From contig WFXC01000002.1 of assembly GCA_015490805.1 (NCBI GenBank), positions 98,437-162,436 of the forward strand: a stretch of 64,000 bases of DNA, read 5' to 3'. Below the pieces are notes generated by a model. The model was not told the origin of the DNA. It ran no database searches and was given only the letters and a program-made list of their open reading frames with translations. Shown here one piece after another: positions 46,742 to 59,333 of this stretch. Position 1 is the stretch's first letter. Every line of letters begins with the position of its first letter. The translations under genes and the position numbers were made by a program. The DNA is from Candidatus Kapaibacterium sp. (GTDB taxonomy: Bacteria > Bacteroidota > Ignavibacteria > Kapaibacteriales > WFXC01).

Positions 46742-47314
46742 TCAAATATTGATACGCTCCAGTTTCCGCAACTGCCATCCGTCACATTCAACCGACAGCG
46801 CAGCGCCAATAGCATCAATGCGGATCACGAAGCGATTTTTGCCGCGCACCTGCACGACTTCTCCTTGAATACCTCGAAAGGGTCCTTCTTCAATTTCGAC
46901 CCAATCTCCCGGTTGAATCGCCCGACTGCCAGTCACCTCCATCGGTACATTTCCCTCGATGAAGCGACGAATAGCTTCAATCTGAGATGCTGGGATAAAA
47001 GCGGGACGCCCGTTGAACCACACACACCGGACAATGCCATAGGTCCGAACGGCCGCTTCATAGGATTTTCGATCAACCCGGACAAAAACATAGCTACTGA
47101 ACAGTGGCACCTCTACCCATTTTTTTCGATCACTCCACTGCCGCAACTGTCGAATAAGCGGCAAATATGCTTCCAATCCCTTCTGAACCAACCGCTGATA
47201 TACTTGTTTCTCTGCCCGTGGCTTTGTATAAAGGGCAATCCACTCAGGTTGTGTCCACAAAAACTGCTCTGCACCGTGCATCACACTACTAACTGCTATC
47301 TTTTCAGTAGCCAC
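46742..47314 (-). CDS. NusG-like transcription antiterminator (NGN + KOW domains). UpxY-like NusG paralog.
   Basis: NGN region WIALYTKPRAEKQVYQRLVQKGLEAYLPL...VPLFSSYVFVRVD. KOW region IQPGDWVEIEEGPFRGIQGEVVQV. Confidence 0.7.
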   Translation of the reverse strand: MATEKIAVSSVMHGAEQFLWTQPEWIALYTKPRAEKQVYQRLVQKGLEAYLPLIRQLRQWSDRKKWVEVPLFSSYVFVRVDRKSYEAAVRTYGIVRCVWFNGRPAFIPASQIEAIRRFIEGNVPMEVTGSRAIQPGDWVEIEEGPFRGIQGEVVQVRGKNRFVIRIDAIGAALSVECDGWQLRKLERINI

Positions 47315-47802
47315 TGTAAAATAATCGCCTCCAGCTTCTCTCCGTTACTGGGCAATTCCGATATCTGACCTACCACCGTACCTTGACGAGTACAGAAAAT
47401 GGTTGGCAACTTTTTAAGCTGGAATATATCTGGGCGGGGATACTTATCTTCTGGAGAACGCATTGAGTAAATCGTCATAGCGGTATCTGATACAGATGCC
47501 TCAAACAGAATTCGAACGATACGTGGAAACAGTTTTGTAGTACCTTTGCATTGACATTCCGGCTTAATGAAGAAGGTGAAATGATGCACTCCAGGCTGAT
47601 ATGCATCCGCAATTGCTGCAACCAGTTGCGTATCCGGTTCGTAGAGGCTCATCTCCAGATCGAACCAAGAATATCCGGGCGTTGACCGCAACTGCTCCAG
47701 TGTCATTTGCTTTGCTTCGTATTCTGGAGCAACCGTTTCCGTACATCGTATCAGGCTGAAGCTCAGAATAAACCCCAATACGAAGAAGCGCCCTTTTGTC
47801 AT
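47296..47802 (-). CDS. Hypothetical lipoprotein.
   Basis: Lipobox-like LGFILSFSLIRC. CQCKG motif. No recognisable family. Confidence 0.4.
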   Translation of the reverse strand: MTKGRFFVLGFILSFSLIRCTETVAPEYEAKQMTLEQLRSTPGYSWFDLEMSLYEPDTQLVAAIADAYQPGVHHFTFFIKPECQCKGTTKLFPRIVRILFEASVSDTAMTIYSMRSPEDKYPRPDIFQLKKLPTIFCTRQGTVVGQISELPSNGEKLEAIILQWLLKR

Positions 47803-47816
47803 TTTTCTCGCTCCAT

Positions 47817-48971
47817 CTATCCTTGAAACTCTTTGTACAGCTCCCGGGCAATTGTAATATGCTGAATTTCAGACGTTCCTTCGTAGATTTCAGTGATTTT
47901 GGCGTCTCGCAGATAGCGTTCAACCAGATACTCCCGCACGTAGCCATAGCCACCGTGGATCTGGATTGCTTCCAGGGCGGATTCTACTGCCACACGGGAA
48001 GCAAAAAGTTTTGCCATAGCTGCTTCCTTGATATAACTTTTGCCCGTGTCCTTATGATACGCCGCTTTGTACGTCAACAACCGCGCAGCTTCAATGTTCG
48101 TTGCCATATCGGACAGCTTAAACTGAATTGCCTGGAAATTGGCAATAGGCTGTCCAAACGCTTCCCGTTCCTGCGCATATTTCAAAGCAGCCTCAAAAGA
48201 CGCCTGGGCGATTCCCAGCGCTTGCGCAGCAATGCCAATCCGTCCACCATTGAGTGTCTGCATCGCTATTTTAAATCCCTGTCCCACCTCGCCTAACCGG
48301 TTGGCATCCGGAACCTGCACATTGGTAAAGTGGAGGGAACAAGTATCGCTGGAACGAATGCCTAACTTGTCCTCCTTTTTGCCAATTTCAAATCCTTCCA
48401 TCCCTTTTTCCAGAATGAAAGCGGTAATACCTCGGTGGCGCTTAGCAGGATCGGTCTGGGCAAAGACCACATAGACATCCGCGCTGGATCCATTGGTAAT
48501 CCAGTTTTTTGTTCCGTTAATAATCCAGTCATCCCCATCTCGCACAGCCGTTGTCCGCTGATGGGTCGCGTCCGACCCTGCCTGCGGTTCACTCAGGCAA
48601 AAAGCACCCAATTTCTCACCTGTTGCCAGCGGACGCAAATAACGCTCTTTTTGTTCCTCCGTGCCATATTCCTCGATTTCCCAACACACCAACGAGTTAT
48701 TTACCGACATAATCACTCCCACGCTGGCATCAACTTTGGAAATTTCCTCCATCGCAATGACATAACTGATAGTATCCAGCCCACTACCACCCCACTCTGG
48801 CGACACCATCATTCCCATAAATCCCAATTCGCCCAGTTTTTTGACGATCTCCGCAGGAAATTCGCCAGTAATATCACGTTCAACGGCGGATGGAGCAATC
48901 TCGTTCTGTGCAAATTCCCGCGCTGTGTCTTGAATCATCCGATGGGTCTCTGTCAGAGCAAAACTCAACAT
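47817..48971 (-). CDS. Acyl-CoA dehydrogenase (short/branched-chain type).
   Basis: Canonical ACAD N-terminus MLSFALTETHRMIQDTAREFA... C-terminal catalytic region IYEGTSEIQ. Confidence 0.85.
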   Translation of the reverse strand: MLSFALTETHRMIQDTAREFAQNEIAPSAVERDITGEFPAEIVKKLGELGFMGMMVSPEWGGSGLDTISYVIAMEEISKVDASVGVIMSVNNSLVCWEIEEYGTEEQKERYLRPLATGEKLGAFCLSEPQAGSDATHQRTTAVRDGDDWIINGTKNWITNGSSADVYVVFAQTDPAKRHRGITAFILEKGMEGFEIGKKEDKLGIRSSDTCSLHFTNVQVPDANRLGEVGQGFKIAMQTLNGGRIGIAAQALGIAQASFEAALKYAQEREAFGQPIANFQAIQFKLSDMATNIEAARLLTYKAAYHKDTGKSYIKEAAMAKLFASRVAVESALEAIQIHGGYGYVREYLVERYLRDAKITEIYEGTSEIQHITIARELYKEFQG

Positions 48972-49176
48972 TGCTTCGTCCAACCTTGCCTGTTCAACAA
49001 TACCATCACATTCCTGAAAACTTTCAAATATACGAATCCGGAATAGAACGGGAAGCAGCACGTTGATCACTGATAGTTCAGGGCAACGGGAACCTTTCCT
49101 GTTAGAAGCTCGAAGCAATCAGCAAAGCTGATTCGGCAAACGCTACGATCGGCTGACGTCTGCGCACCGGCGGCAA

Positions 49177-50844
49177 CTACCGCAGCATTGGTATTTTGAG
49201 ACCGAATTTTTTCGCATTATCAATCGCCCGCTGGTAGCCAGCATCGGCGTGGCGAAAGATCCCTGTCATTGGGTCGTACGTCAGCACCCGTTCCAGGCGC
49301 CGCTCTGCTTCGGGCGTTCCATCGGCAACGATCACCATCCCGGCGTGCAAAGCGTAGCCCATTCCAACGCCGCCGCCGTGGTGGAAGGAGACCCAGGTGG
49401 CACCACCGATTGTATTCAACGCAAAGTTGAAATACACCCAATCAGCAATAGCATCGGAACCGTCCAGCATCGCTTCCGTTTCCCGATACGGCGAGGCAAC
49501 AGAGCCGGAATCCAGATGATCTCGACCGATGACTATCGGCGCTTTGACCTTGCCGTCGCGCACTAACTGATTGAACATCTTCCCCGCTTTCGCTCGCTCT
49601 CCATAACCCAGCCAGCAAATCCGGGCGGGCAATCCCTGCCAGTGTACCTTTTCTTCCGCCTGCTTCAGCCAGCGATGGAGTGCGTGATCCTCTGGGAACA
49701 GTTCCATCAATGCCCGATCGGTAACGTAAATATCTTCGGGATCGCCGGATAAAGCCACCCACCGGAATGGTCCTTTGCCATCACAGAACAGCGGGCGAAT
49801 AAAGGCTGGCACAAACCCCGGAAAATCAAAGGCATTTTCCACGCCCCCGTGTTCCTTCGCTACTGCCCGGATATTGTTCCCATAATCGAACACCACCGTC
49901 CCTTTTTTCTGGAATTCGAGCATTGTGCGAACGTGGATGGCAATGGAACGATACGCTTCCTGCAAGTACTTTTCGGGATTTTCTTCCCGCAACCGATCTG
50001 CTTCCTCTTTGGTATAACCAGCCGGGTAGTACCCATTCAGGGGATCGTGCGCTGCTGTCTGATCGGTCATCACATCCGGAATAATGCCCCGACGCAGGAT
50101 TTCAGGGTGTACTTCAGCCGCATTGCCAACCAGCCCCACCGAAATAGGCTGCTTCTTCGCTTTGTGCTCCTGAATAATCTCCAATGCTTCGTCGAGCGAA
50201 TGCGTTTTCAAATCGCAATACCCATCGCGCAGCCGGCGGTCGATCCGTGCTTCATCAATTTCAACGCACAGGCAGGCTGCCCCATTGAAGGTTGCCGCCA
50301 GCGGCTGGGCACCGCCCATTCCTCCCATCCCCGCGGTCAGCAGAAACCGTCCATATAAATCACCGCCGAAGTACTGGCGAGCGCATTCAGCAAACGTTTC
50401 GTACGTTCCCTGTAAAATCCCTTGCGTGCCAATGTAGATCCAGCTTCCTGCCGTCATCTGCCCATACATAATCAAACCTTTACGATCCAATTCCCAGAAC
50501 ACTTCCCACGTTGCCCATTTGGGCACCAGATTGGAATTGGCAATGATGACCCGGGGAGCATCAGTGTGTGTCCGTACGATACCCACTGGCTTGCCGGATT
50601 GGACCAGCAGCGTTTCATCCTCGTCCATTGAGCGAAGTGCATCCAGAATGGCGTAGAACGATTCCCAGTTCCGGGCTGCCTTGCCATACCCACCATACAC
50701 GATAAGCTGATCCGGTTTTTCTGCTACTTCTGGATCCAGATTGTTCTGGATCATCCGATACGCAGCTTCAATTTGCCAGTTTTTGCACGTCAGTTCTGTT
50801 CCGCGTGGCGCTCTTACGGTTGGCACGGTGTGCTTTTCGTCCAT
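49177..50844 (-). CDS. hutU: Urocanate hydratase.
   Basis: Near-colinear match to urocanase hallmarks ([14 protein letters not shown]..., [36 protein letters not shown]). Confidence 0.9.
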   Translation of the reverse strand: MDEKHTVPTVRAPRGTELTCKNWQIEAAYRMIQNNLDPEVAEKPDQLIVYGGYGKAARNWESFYAILDALRSMDEDETLLVQSGKPVGIVRTHTDAPRVIIANSNLVPKWATWEVFWELDRKGLIMYGQMTAGSWIYIGTQGILQGTYETFAECARQYFGGDLYGRFLLTAGMGGMGGAQPLAATFNGAACLCVEIDEARIDRRLRDGYCDLKTHSLDEALEIIQEHKAKKQPISVGLVGNAAEVHPEILRRGIIPDVMTDQTAAHDPLNGYYPAGYTKEEADRLREENPEKYLQEAYRSIAIHVRTMLEFQKKGTVVFDYGNNIRAVAKEHGGVENAFDFPGFVPAFIRPLFCDGKGPFRWVALSGDPEDIYVTDRALMELFPEDHALHRWLKQAEEKVHWQGLPARICWLGYGERAKAGKMFNQLVRDGKVKAPIVIGRDHLDSGSVASPYRETEAMLDGSDAIADWVYFNFALNTIGGATWVSFHHGGGVGMGYALHAGMVIVADGTPEAERRLERVLTYDPMTGIFRHADAGYQRAIDNAKKFGLKIPMLR

Positions 50845-50901
50845 TCTCAAGCCCTTTCCTGTTGTTCCCACGATGACGGTTGTATCCGCAAATGCTCACA
50901 T

Positions 50902-51270
50902 TCACTGCTCTTCCCCGGCATCCAGCGCTGCTGTCGCATCAGCAGCACCGTCCCCACTACGACCATACGTCTGGCACAATTGCCGCAGCATCTCCCAATC
51001 ATAGATGCCGCTATCGTGCCCATCCTGCCAGTAGAGGCGGATTGCATAATTGCCAACCAATTCTATTTTGACCAGCTCATACATTCCGGGCGTATAGGTC
51101 TGCATCTCCGGAATCCGGTATACCGTGCCCATCACATTTTCGCCGCGACAGACCGCGCAGGGACAAAACGTGCGCAGCGTCTTCAACTCCAGTATGCACC
51201 GCTGCTGATCCTCCCACTCTATTGACAAGAATCGGGCATTCAGCCGCTGGATTTTTCGTGGTTTTGCCAT
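50902..51270 (-). CDS. DUF971 domain protein (gamma-butyrobetaine hydroxylase-like N-terminal domain).
   Basis: LSIEWEDQQRCILELKTLRTFCPCAVCRGE...YAIRLYWQDGHDSGIYDWEML. Start moved to ATG 51270; the longer track ORF runs antisense into trxA. Confidence 0.55.
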   Translation of the reverse strand: MAKPRKIQRLNARFLSIEWEDQQRCILELKTLRTFCPCAVCRGENVMGTVYRIPEMQTYTPGMYELVKIELVGNYAIRLYWQDGHDSGIYDWEMLRQLCQTYGRSGDGAADATAALDAGEEQ

Positions 51271-51409
51271 TGGAATTGTTCCGCTCTTTAAGCCTGCTTT
51301 TTTGAAACTGCCAAAATACGAAAATTTCGCAATGTGCGAAAAATTGTGCATTTTTGTAATTTGGAAAAGTGTTTCAGAGGCAACAAGGACGAAGAAAGGG
51401 GCAAACACT

Positions 51410-51795
51410 ATGGCGGAACTTGCGAAATTAACAGACGAAAACTTCGAAGAGGAGGTATTGAAATCGCCAATTCCCGTATTGGTCGACTTCTGGGCAATCT
51501 GGTGCGGTCCGTGCCGATTGATCGAACCAGTGGTCGCAGAAATGGCAGAAAAATACGCCGGAAAGCTGAAAGTGGGGAAATTGGATGTCGATACCAATCC
51601 GAAAACTGCAATCGAATACGGAGTGCGTTCTATTCCCACCCTGCTGTTTTATGCACAGGGCAAAATGGTGGATCGTCTGGTAGGCGCCGTTCCAAAAGCA
51701 ATGCTGGAAGAGAAAATTGAGCAGGTGTTAGCTCAATTTGGTTCTTCAGATCAAACCGAAACATCATCGTCATCGGAGCAAACGCAGTTGGGAGA

Positions 51796-51799
<4 letters not shown>
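51410..51799 (+). CDS. trxA: Thioredoxin.
   Basis: WCGPC active site in VLVDFWAIWCGPCR. Ser/Thr-rich C-terminal tail. Confidence 0.9.
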
Positions 51800-53470
<1,671 letters not shown>

Positions 53471-53471
<1 letters not shown>

Positions 53472-54880
53472 TGATCAAATTTGGAACGGATGGCTGGCGT
53501 GCTATTATCGCTGATGATTTTACCTTTCAGAATCTCCGATATGTGGCTTTAGCAACTGCCCGATACGCCAAGAAACAGGCATCCCGCCATCGCCCCAGTG
53601 TCGTCATTGGCTACGATACTCGCTTTCTCTCCAGAGAATTCGCCCGAGAGGTAGCACGGGTGATGGTACAGGAAGGGATCAACGTCCACATTACTTTCCA
53701 TATGACCTCCACCCCGCAGGTTTCATTTGCAACCAAGCAGAAGCGGGCGACGGTCGGCGTTATTATCACTGCCAGTCACAATCCTCCCATTTACAACGGG
53801 TTCAAAGTGAAAGCAACGTTCGGCGGACCAGCAGCACCGGAACAAATTGCCGCGATTGAAGAGGAACTGGCAAAAATCTTAAAGAACCCGCCCAAAAAAT
53901 GGGACCTCACAGACTTTGAGACCTTAGTCACAAAGCGAAAAATTTCGCTATTCAGTGCTCGGGAATCGTACTGGCGGCATATTCGACGTAAAATTGATCT
54001 GGAACTGATCAATTCCCGGCGATTCAAAATTGCCTACGATCCAATGTACGGCGCTGGCATCCATCTGCTGGAGCCCCTGGTTCCAAAAGCAATCACGATT
54101 CACAACGAATGGAATCCGGGATTTGGCGAACTCCACGCGCCAGAGCCCATCGAAGCGAATTTGCGGGAATTGATCCAACTGGTACAGGAAGAAGAATGTG
54201 ACATCGGCATCGCGACGGATGGCGATGCAGATCGATTGGGTGTTGTTGACAGCGATGGGCACTACGTTACGCCGCATCAGGTGTTTATGCTCCTGCTGAA
54301 ATACCTGTACGAAAGCCGGAAAAAGCGGGGCATTGTGGTCAAAACCGTCTCGCTCACCTCGATGGTCGATCTCTATTGCCAGAAACGGGGAATCCGGCTG
54401 GTGGAAACTCCCGTTGGCTTCAAACACATTGCCAAATTGATGGCTGAAGAACGGGTCCTGATCGGTGGCGAAGAGTCGGGCGGTTTTGCAACAGCATTGC
54501 ACATTCCCGAACGAGATGGACTATTTGCTGGCTTACTTCTTCTGGAAATGCTGGCACGCAGAAAGACATCCCTGAAACAACTCTGCCGGGACTTAGATGA
54601 AGAGTTCGGTCCTCACCGATTTCTCCGTCGTGATGTCCGGGTGACGACAGAGGAAAAAGAGGCTATTATGAAAGCATTTGCAAAGAAGCCCAAAAAGATC
54701 GGGAAATTCCGGGTCGATCACGTGTCAACCCTTGATGGTTACAAGTTCTTCTTCGAAGGTGGCGGATGGCTCTTAGTCCGTCCTTCTGGCACAGAACCTC
54801 TGATCCGATTCTATGCTGAAGCGGATTCGCTGGGGAAAGCCCACGAAATGATTGAGGCTGCGGTGCAAATTGCAAAGTAA
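53471..54880 (+). CDS. Alpha-D-phosphohexomutase (phosphoglucomutase/phosphomannomutase family).
   Basis: FGTDGWRA, catalytic-Ser loop TASHNPP, metal loop DGDADR. Start overlaps the eno stop (GTGATG). Confidence 0.85.
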
Positions 54881-54930
54881 GTGCTGAATCGGAAATTGCG
54901 GCGGACATCTCCTATCCCTGCAAAATTCCG

Positions 54931-54938
54931 TATTTTTG
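54931..54938 (+). promoter_or_regulatory. Possible Bacteroidota-type -7 promoter element (TAnnTTTG) for glgA.
   Basis: TATTTTTG lies 44 nt upstream of the glgA ATG. Confidence 0.25.
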
Positions 54939-54981
54939 TTTTTGTAGACAACGGGTGCTAAGCGAAACGGCGGTGCTGCAA

Positions 54982-56457
54982 ATGAAGAAACTCAAGATTC
55001 TGTTTGTTACAAGTGAAGCCTTCCCCTATGCAAAAACGGGCGGAATTGCGGATTTTACCACCGGACTGGCGCTGGCACTTCGAGCTCGAGGTCACGAAGT
55101 GCGAATGTTGCTTCCCCGCTATGGGTTTATCAGCGAGCGGAAAAACCGCATCCACGAAGTTCGTCGACTCAAAGAGTTACCAATCCCGATCGGCGATCGG
55201 ATCGAATATGCAAGCATCAAATCCTCCTCCATCCAGAATCCGAAAGCGAAAGTGCAGGTTTACCTCACCACCCACCCGGAATACTTCGATCACCGCTGGG
55301 GCATTTATACCGATCCGGATACTGGCGAGCCCTACAAGGACAATCACGAACGCTTCATCTTCTTTATGCTGTCTGCCTTAGAACTGTGCCGAACGCTCGA
55401 CTGGTATCCCGATATCATCCACTGCAACGACTGGGCAACTGCGCTGCTGCCAGTGTATCTGCGAACTCTCTTTCGAGACCAATTTCCCCGAACACATACC
55501 GTGCTGACAATTCACAACATTCGTTCCCAGGGAATTTTTCCTCTTTCTCCAACCTTTGCGCTGACGGGACTTCCTCAATCCGCTAAGGAACTGCTGACGC
55601 ACCGCCGCAAATGCAACTTTCTGAAAGCAGGCATTCTCACTGCACACGCAATCACCACCGTAAGCCCTACGTATGGCAAACAGATTCTGGAAGACAACAA
55701 GCTCAGTGGCGGATTGAGCCAGTTTCTGCAACAACGCAAAGATCACTTCTATCCCATTCTCAATGGCATCGACACCACCATCTGGAATCCCCGGAAAGAC
55801 AAGTGGATCGCCAAGAACTACGACATTCACTCCCTGGACCGAAAAGAAGTAAACAAGAAGGCATTGCTGGAAAAAGCACGACTGGAATATTATCCGGAAC
55901 GTCCGGTTGTTGGAATGATTTCCCGCCTCACGCCGGAAAAAGGGCTGGACCTCCTGCAAAAAGCAGCGCCGGAATTACTCCAGCTCAACTGCCAGTACGT
56001 TATCCTGGGCTCGGGGGAAAAACCGTACGAGGAATTTCTCAAAGCCTTTGCAACGGAACATCCGGAGCAGGTAGGAGTACGAATTGGTTTCGACGAAGTA
56101 TTAGCGCACCTGATCACCGCGGGAGCGGATATGTATCTGATGCCGTCGCGGTCGGAACCCTGTGGCTTGAACCAGATGTATTCAATGGCATACGGCACGG
56201 TTCCGGTTGTCCGGGCAACCGGCGGATTGATTGATACGGTCCAGGATTTCGATCCGGAAAAGAAAACCGGAACTGGCATTGTCTTCAAACCCTATACGGT
56301 CAAAGCCCTCATCGAAGCACTCCAGCGAGCTATAGAGCTATACCATAACAAATCCCTGTGGTATACGTTAATCCGCAACGGCATGAAGCAGGACAATTCG
56401 TGGGAGACCCGCGTCAAAGAATATGAAAAAGTGTATGCTGCTGCACTCACCGCTTAG
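54982..56457 (+). CDS. glgA: Glycogen synthase (GT5).
   Basis: KILFVTSEAFPYAKTGGIADF... N-terminal ADP-glucose-binding signature (KTGGL-type). About 490 aa. Confidence 0.9.
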   Translation: MKKLKILFVTSEAFPYAKTGGIADFTTGLALALRARGHEVRMLLPRYGFISERKNRIHEVRRLKELPIPIGDRIEYASIKSSSIQNPKAKVQVYLTTHPEYFDHRWGIYTDPDTGEPYKDNHERFIFFMLSALELCRTLDWYPDIIHCNDWATALLPVYLRTLFRDQFPRTHTVLTIHNIRSQGIFPLSPTFALTGLPQSAKELLTHRRKCNFLKAGILTAHAITTVSPTYGKQILEDNKLSGGLSQFLQQRKDHFYPILNGIDTTIWNPRKDKWIAKNYDIHSLDRKEVNKKALLEKARLEYYPERPVVGMISRLTPEKGLDLLQKAAPELLQLNCQYVILGSGEKPYEEFLKAFATEHPEQVGVRIGFDEVLAHLITAGADMYLMPSRSEPCGLNQMYSMAYGTVPVVRATGGLIDTVQDFDPEKKTGTGIVFKPYTVKALIEALQRAIELYHNKSLWYTLIRNGMKQDNSWETRVKEYEKVYAAALTA

Positions 56458-57667
56458 CTGGTGGAGCTGGTTCGTGCTCTTGGCACTCCTACTCGGCTGC
56501 AACGACCGTCCGACCGCTATTGGTACTGACTTATTACCGGACACGGTACACATCGGCGTTATGAGCTCGAAAGACACAACGTTATTCCGATCAGTGGAAA
56601 CGGTGCAATTCCCTTTGGCGCTGTTCAATAGCGGCTATCTCTATGTTGGCGCCAGCCGATCCGCTATTGCGTGGACTCTTCTGCGTCCTACTTTGTTTCC
56701 ACAAGATGTGGATTCTATCGCTGAGGATCAAATCCTATCAGCTCACTTGGTCCTTTTCCCCCGCCGACTGGCGCTGGGCGACACTGTCAGCAATGTGCTG
56801 CGATTTTCCCTTGCTGAAATTCAGCAACTCTGGCGACCGGGTACGACGATCGACACGCTGCGACAGTTCCTCCAATCCGGGAATTTCCTCGGATCAGTCA
56901 TTGCCCAGTTCGACCAACCAATCCCCTTGCAGGATTCGACAGAACCAATTCGAATTCCCATTCCCAAGTCGATGATTGCTCGATGGCTGGCGATTGCAGC
57001 AGATACTACAATGAAGGATTCTGCTCGAATTTTTGGCGTCGCTTTAATTCCAGATACAACCGAATCAACGGTTATTCGCGGCTTTTACACCCAGAGTCCC
57101 GGTTACACTACATTACCATTGTCGTACTACGAAGTTGTAGTGCAGCGCGCTGATTCACTGGATACGCTCCGAATCGAAAACGGATACGATTTATCCGTTC
57201 TCTTCGCCCGAGAAGCTCCTCCAGCACATCGACTTTTTATACAGGGTGGGATTGCTCAGCGCCTATACATTGCGTTCGATCCCTCTCCGCTCCCTCCACT
57301 TTCGATTGTCCACAAAGCAACGCTAGTGCTCCCATACGACTCTACGCTATTTGAGCGGAGCAATCGTAGCCAATTACCAACTCTCACTGCCTATATTGCT
57401 GCCGACACTGCCATAGGGGCAATCGGCGAGCGATTTCCACTGAGTAACGGCGAATTTCGTTCGGACTCTGGCGTCGTTGTTCTTCCCAACATTGGCGCCG
57501 CCTTTGAACTGTGGCGTTCGAAGCGACAAAGCAGCGCGATTGTCATTACAATGGGAGACGAGTTTGGACGGATCGATCGACTGGCATTTTACAGCCTGAC
57601 CGACCCACAGCGGCAGCCGTATTTGGAGCTGATTTATTCTGCAATGCCGCAGGAGAAGCGAAAATGA
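56423..57667 (+). CDS. Hypothetical lipoprotein, possibly a DUF4270-type protein often found beside glgA in Bacteroidota.
   Basis: Lipobox LLGC. Beta-rich. No motif I can assign. Confidence 0.4.
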   Translation: MKKCMLLHSPLSWWSWFVLLALLLGCNDRPTAIGTDLLPDTVHIGVMSSKDTTLFRSVETVQFPLALFNSGYLYVGASRSAIAWTLLRPTLFPQDVDSIAEDQILSAHLVLFPRRLALGDTVSNVLRFSLAEIQQLWRPGTTIDTLRQFLQSGNFLGSVIAQFDQPIPLQDSTEPIRIPIPKSMIARWLAIAADTTMKDSARIFGVALIPDTTESTVIRGFYTQSPGYTTLPLSYYEVVVQRADSLDTLRIENGYDLSVLFAREAPPAHRLFIQGGIAQRLYIAFDPSPLPPLSIVHKATLVLPYDSTLFERSNRSQLPTLTAYIAADTAIGAIGERFPLSNGEFRSDSGVVVLPNIGAAFELWRSKRQSSAIVITMGDEFGRIDRLAFYSLTDPQRQPYLELIYSAMPQEKRK

Positions 57668-58872
57668 AACATCAGATGTGGCTTCTCGTACTGTTGGTTC
57701 TGTTTTTCCCCCGGATGGGGATAGCTCAAGGCGGTTCGATTTATTCCAGCTTTGGCTTTGGAGACCGCTTTTTTGAGCACTCTGCTGCGGCAGTAGCTAT
57801 GGGTAGTGTGAGCATTGCGCTCCCCTCAGCAACGCGCATTGCGTCGCAAAATCCTGCTTTGTGGTCTTCCGTCCCATCGACCCGGCTGGAAGCGGGCTAC
57901 GTATTTCGCCAGTTCGTCAAGCAACAAGCAGATCGCTCCATAGCGCATAACAATGGCAAAGTTCAGGGTATTGGGCTCCTCGTTCCCACCCGCAACGATC
58001 TCCACACCGCCGTTGCTTTAGGAATCCGTCCCTATACAACGGTGAATTTCTACACTTCGCTGCGGCAGTCCGATGGATCGGATGAAGCCATTGCCACAAT
58101 CGAATCTCTGGGCACTGGCGGACTCTCCCAGCTTTTCATTGGCTCCAGCTTTGTGCCATTGCCGAACCTCGCTGTTGGAGCTGCTCTGGTCTATACCTTC
58201 GGCAAAATTGAGCGTTCCATCACCATCACCTTTCCCTCCGGCAATTATCGAAATAGCTTCTGGCGTCGCACCGATTGGTTCAGTAGCCCCGGAGCAAAAA
58301 TCGGAATACACTACGGCGGTCTCGCATCGTGGCATTTCGGTGCCTTTGTCGAACTCCTGGGGACAGCCACCATCTCGCAACAGCAGCAGTACGGTACCGG
58401 ACGGTTATCGGATACCACCTTTGATGTTCAGCTCACAACTCCAATGCCCCTAACTGCCGGCATTGGCATAGCATATCGATGGGGACACTGGCTGCTTGGC
58501 ATCGACGCTGTGTGGCAAGATTATCGATCCGTACGGTACAATTTGCATCCTGAAGCTGCTTACCAGACCGGCTATAGTATTCGGCTGGGCGGACGCTGGC
58601 ATATGTCGCGTCGTCATCCGAAGTTGAGCGATCTGGGTTCTTGGTACTACTTTGTCGGTTTGCGATGGGATCAACTACCAATCCAAATCCGGCAGACTTC
58701 CATTGCTTCTATCGCTGCTTCTCTGGGCTTTCAAATTCCTGTCAATGCACAAACGTTCCTGAGCATCGCTATGGTTGCCGGGCGACGTGGGACACTCAAT
58801 AATCAGTTAGTGCAGGATTGGTTTTTCAACCTTGCTTTTACTGTCTCAGTCGGTGAACGATGGTTCCAGTAA
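57664..58872 (+). CDS. FadL/PorV-like outer-membrane beta-barrel protein.
   Basis: Signal peptide. N-terminal block GFGDRFFEHSAAAVAMGSVSIA...QNPALW resembles the FadL/TodX/PorV start. Terminal aromatic residues (ERWFQ). ATGA coupling with the upstream lipoprotein. Confidence 0.45.
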   Translation: MKHQMWLLVLLVLFFPRMGIAQGGSIYSSFGFGDRFFEHSAAAVAMGSVSIALPSATRIASQNPALWSSVPSTRLEAGYVFRQFVKQQADRSIAHNNGKVQGIGLLVPTRNDLHTAVALGIRPYTTVNFYTSLRQSDGSDEAIATIESLGTGGLSQLFIGSSFVPLPNLAVGAALVYTFGKIERSITITFPSGNYRNSFWRRTDWFSSPGAKIGIHYGGLASWHFGAFVELLGTATISQQQQYGTGRLSDTTFDVQLTTPMPLTAGIGIAYRWGHWLLGIDAVWQDYRSVRYNLHPEAAYQTGYSIRLGGRWHMSRRHPKLSDLGSWYYFVGLRWDQLPIQIRQTSIASIAASLGFQIPVNAQTFLSIAMVAGRRGTLNNQLVQDWFFNLAFTVSVGERWFQ

Positions 58873-58955
58873 AGGCACAACGCAACACCGGCGGTGGAAC
58901 AATCGTCACCAACTCATTGGTTTAAGTTTGTCCATACAGACATCAACTGGTCACG

Positions 58956-59321
58956 ATGAACTCATTTGAAATCACAGGAAAAATTTACGCAATTTTCGAC
59001 ACCCAGCAACCCACCGAGACTTTTCAGAAACGGGAATTCGTGCTGGAAATCGACGACAATGGCTACATCCAGCACGTGAAATTTCAAACAGTGCAGCAGC
59101 GATGCGAGTTGCTGGATCAATTCCAGCCTGGGGACACCGTCAAAGTTCGATTCAGTTTATCAGGGCGCCCCTATACCCGCCCGGACGGCGAAGTCATCTT
59201 CTTTACCAATCTCAAGGTGTGGGATATTCAGCCAGTCGACGCAGCAGCATCCGAACCCAATCTGGAACCGCCAGACTTCGGAGATATCCCGGCACCGGAC
59301 GAAGACGATTTGCCATTCTAA
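58956..59321 (+). CDS. DUF3127 family small protein (OB-fold-like) with an acidic tail.
   Basis: ITGKIYAIFDTQQ...KREFVLEIDD...VKFQ pattern typical of DUF3127. C-terminal PDFGDIPAPDEDDLPF. Confidence 0.5.
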   Translation: MNSFEITGKIYAIFDTQQPTETFQKREFVLEIDDNGYIQHVKFQTVQQRCELLDQFQPGDTVKVRFSLSGRPYTRPDGEVIFFTNLKVWDIQPVDAAASEPNLEPPDFGDIPAPDEDDLPF

Positions 59322-59333
59322 GAAATCGCTGCA

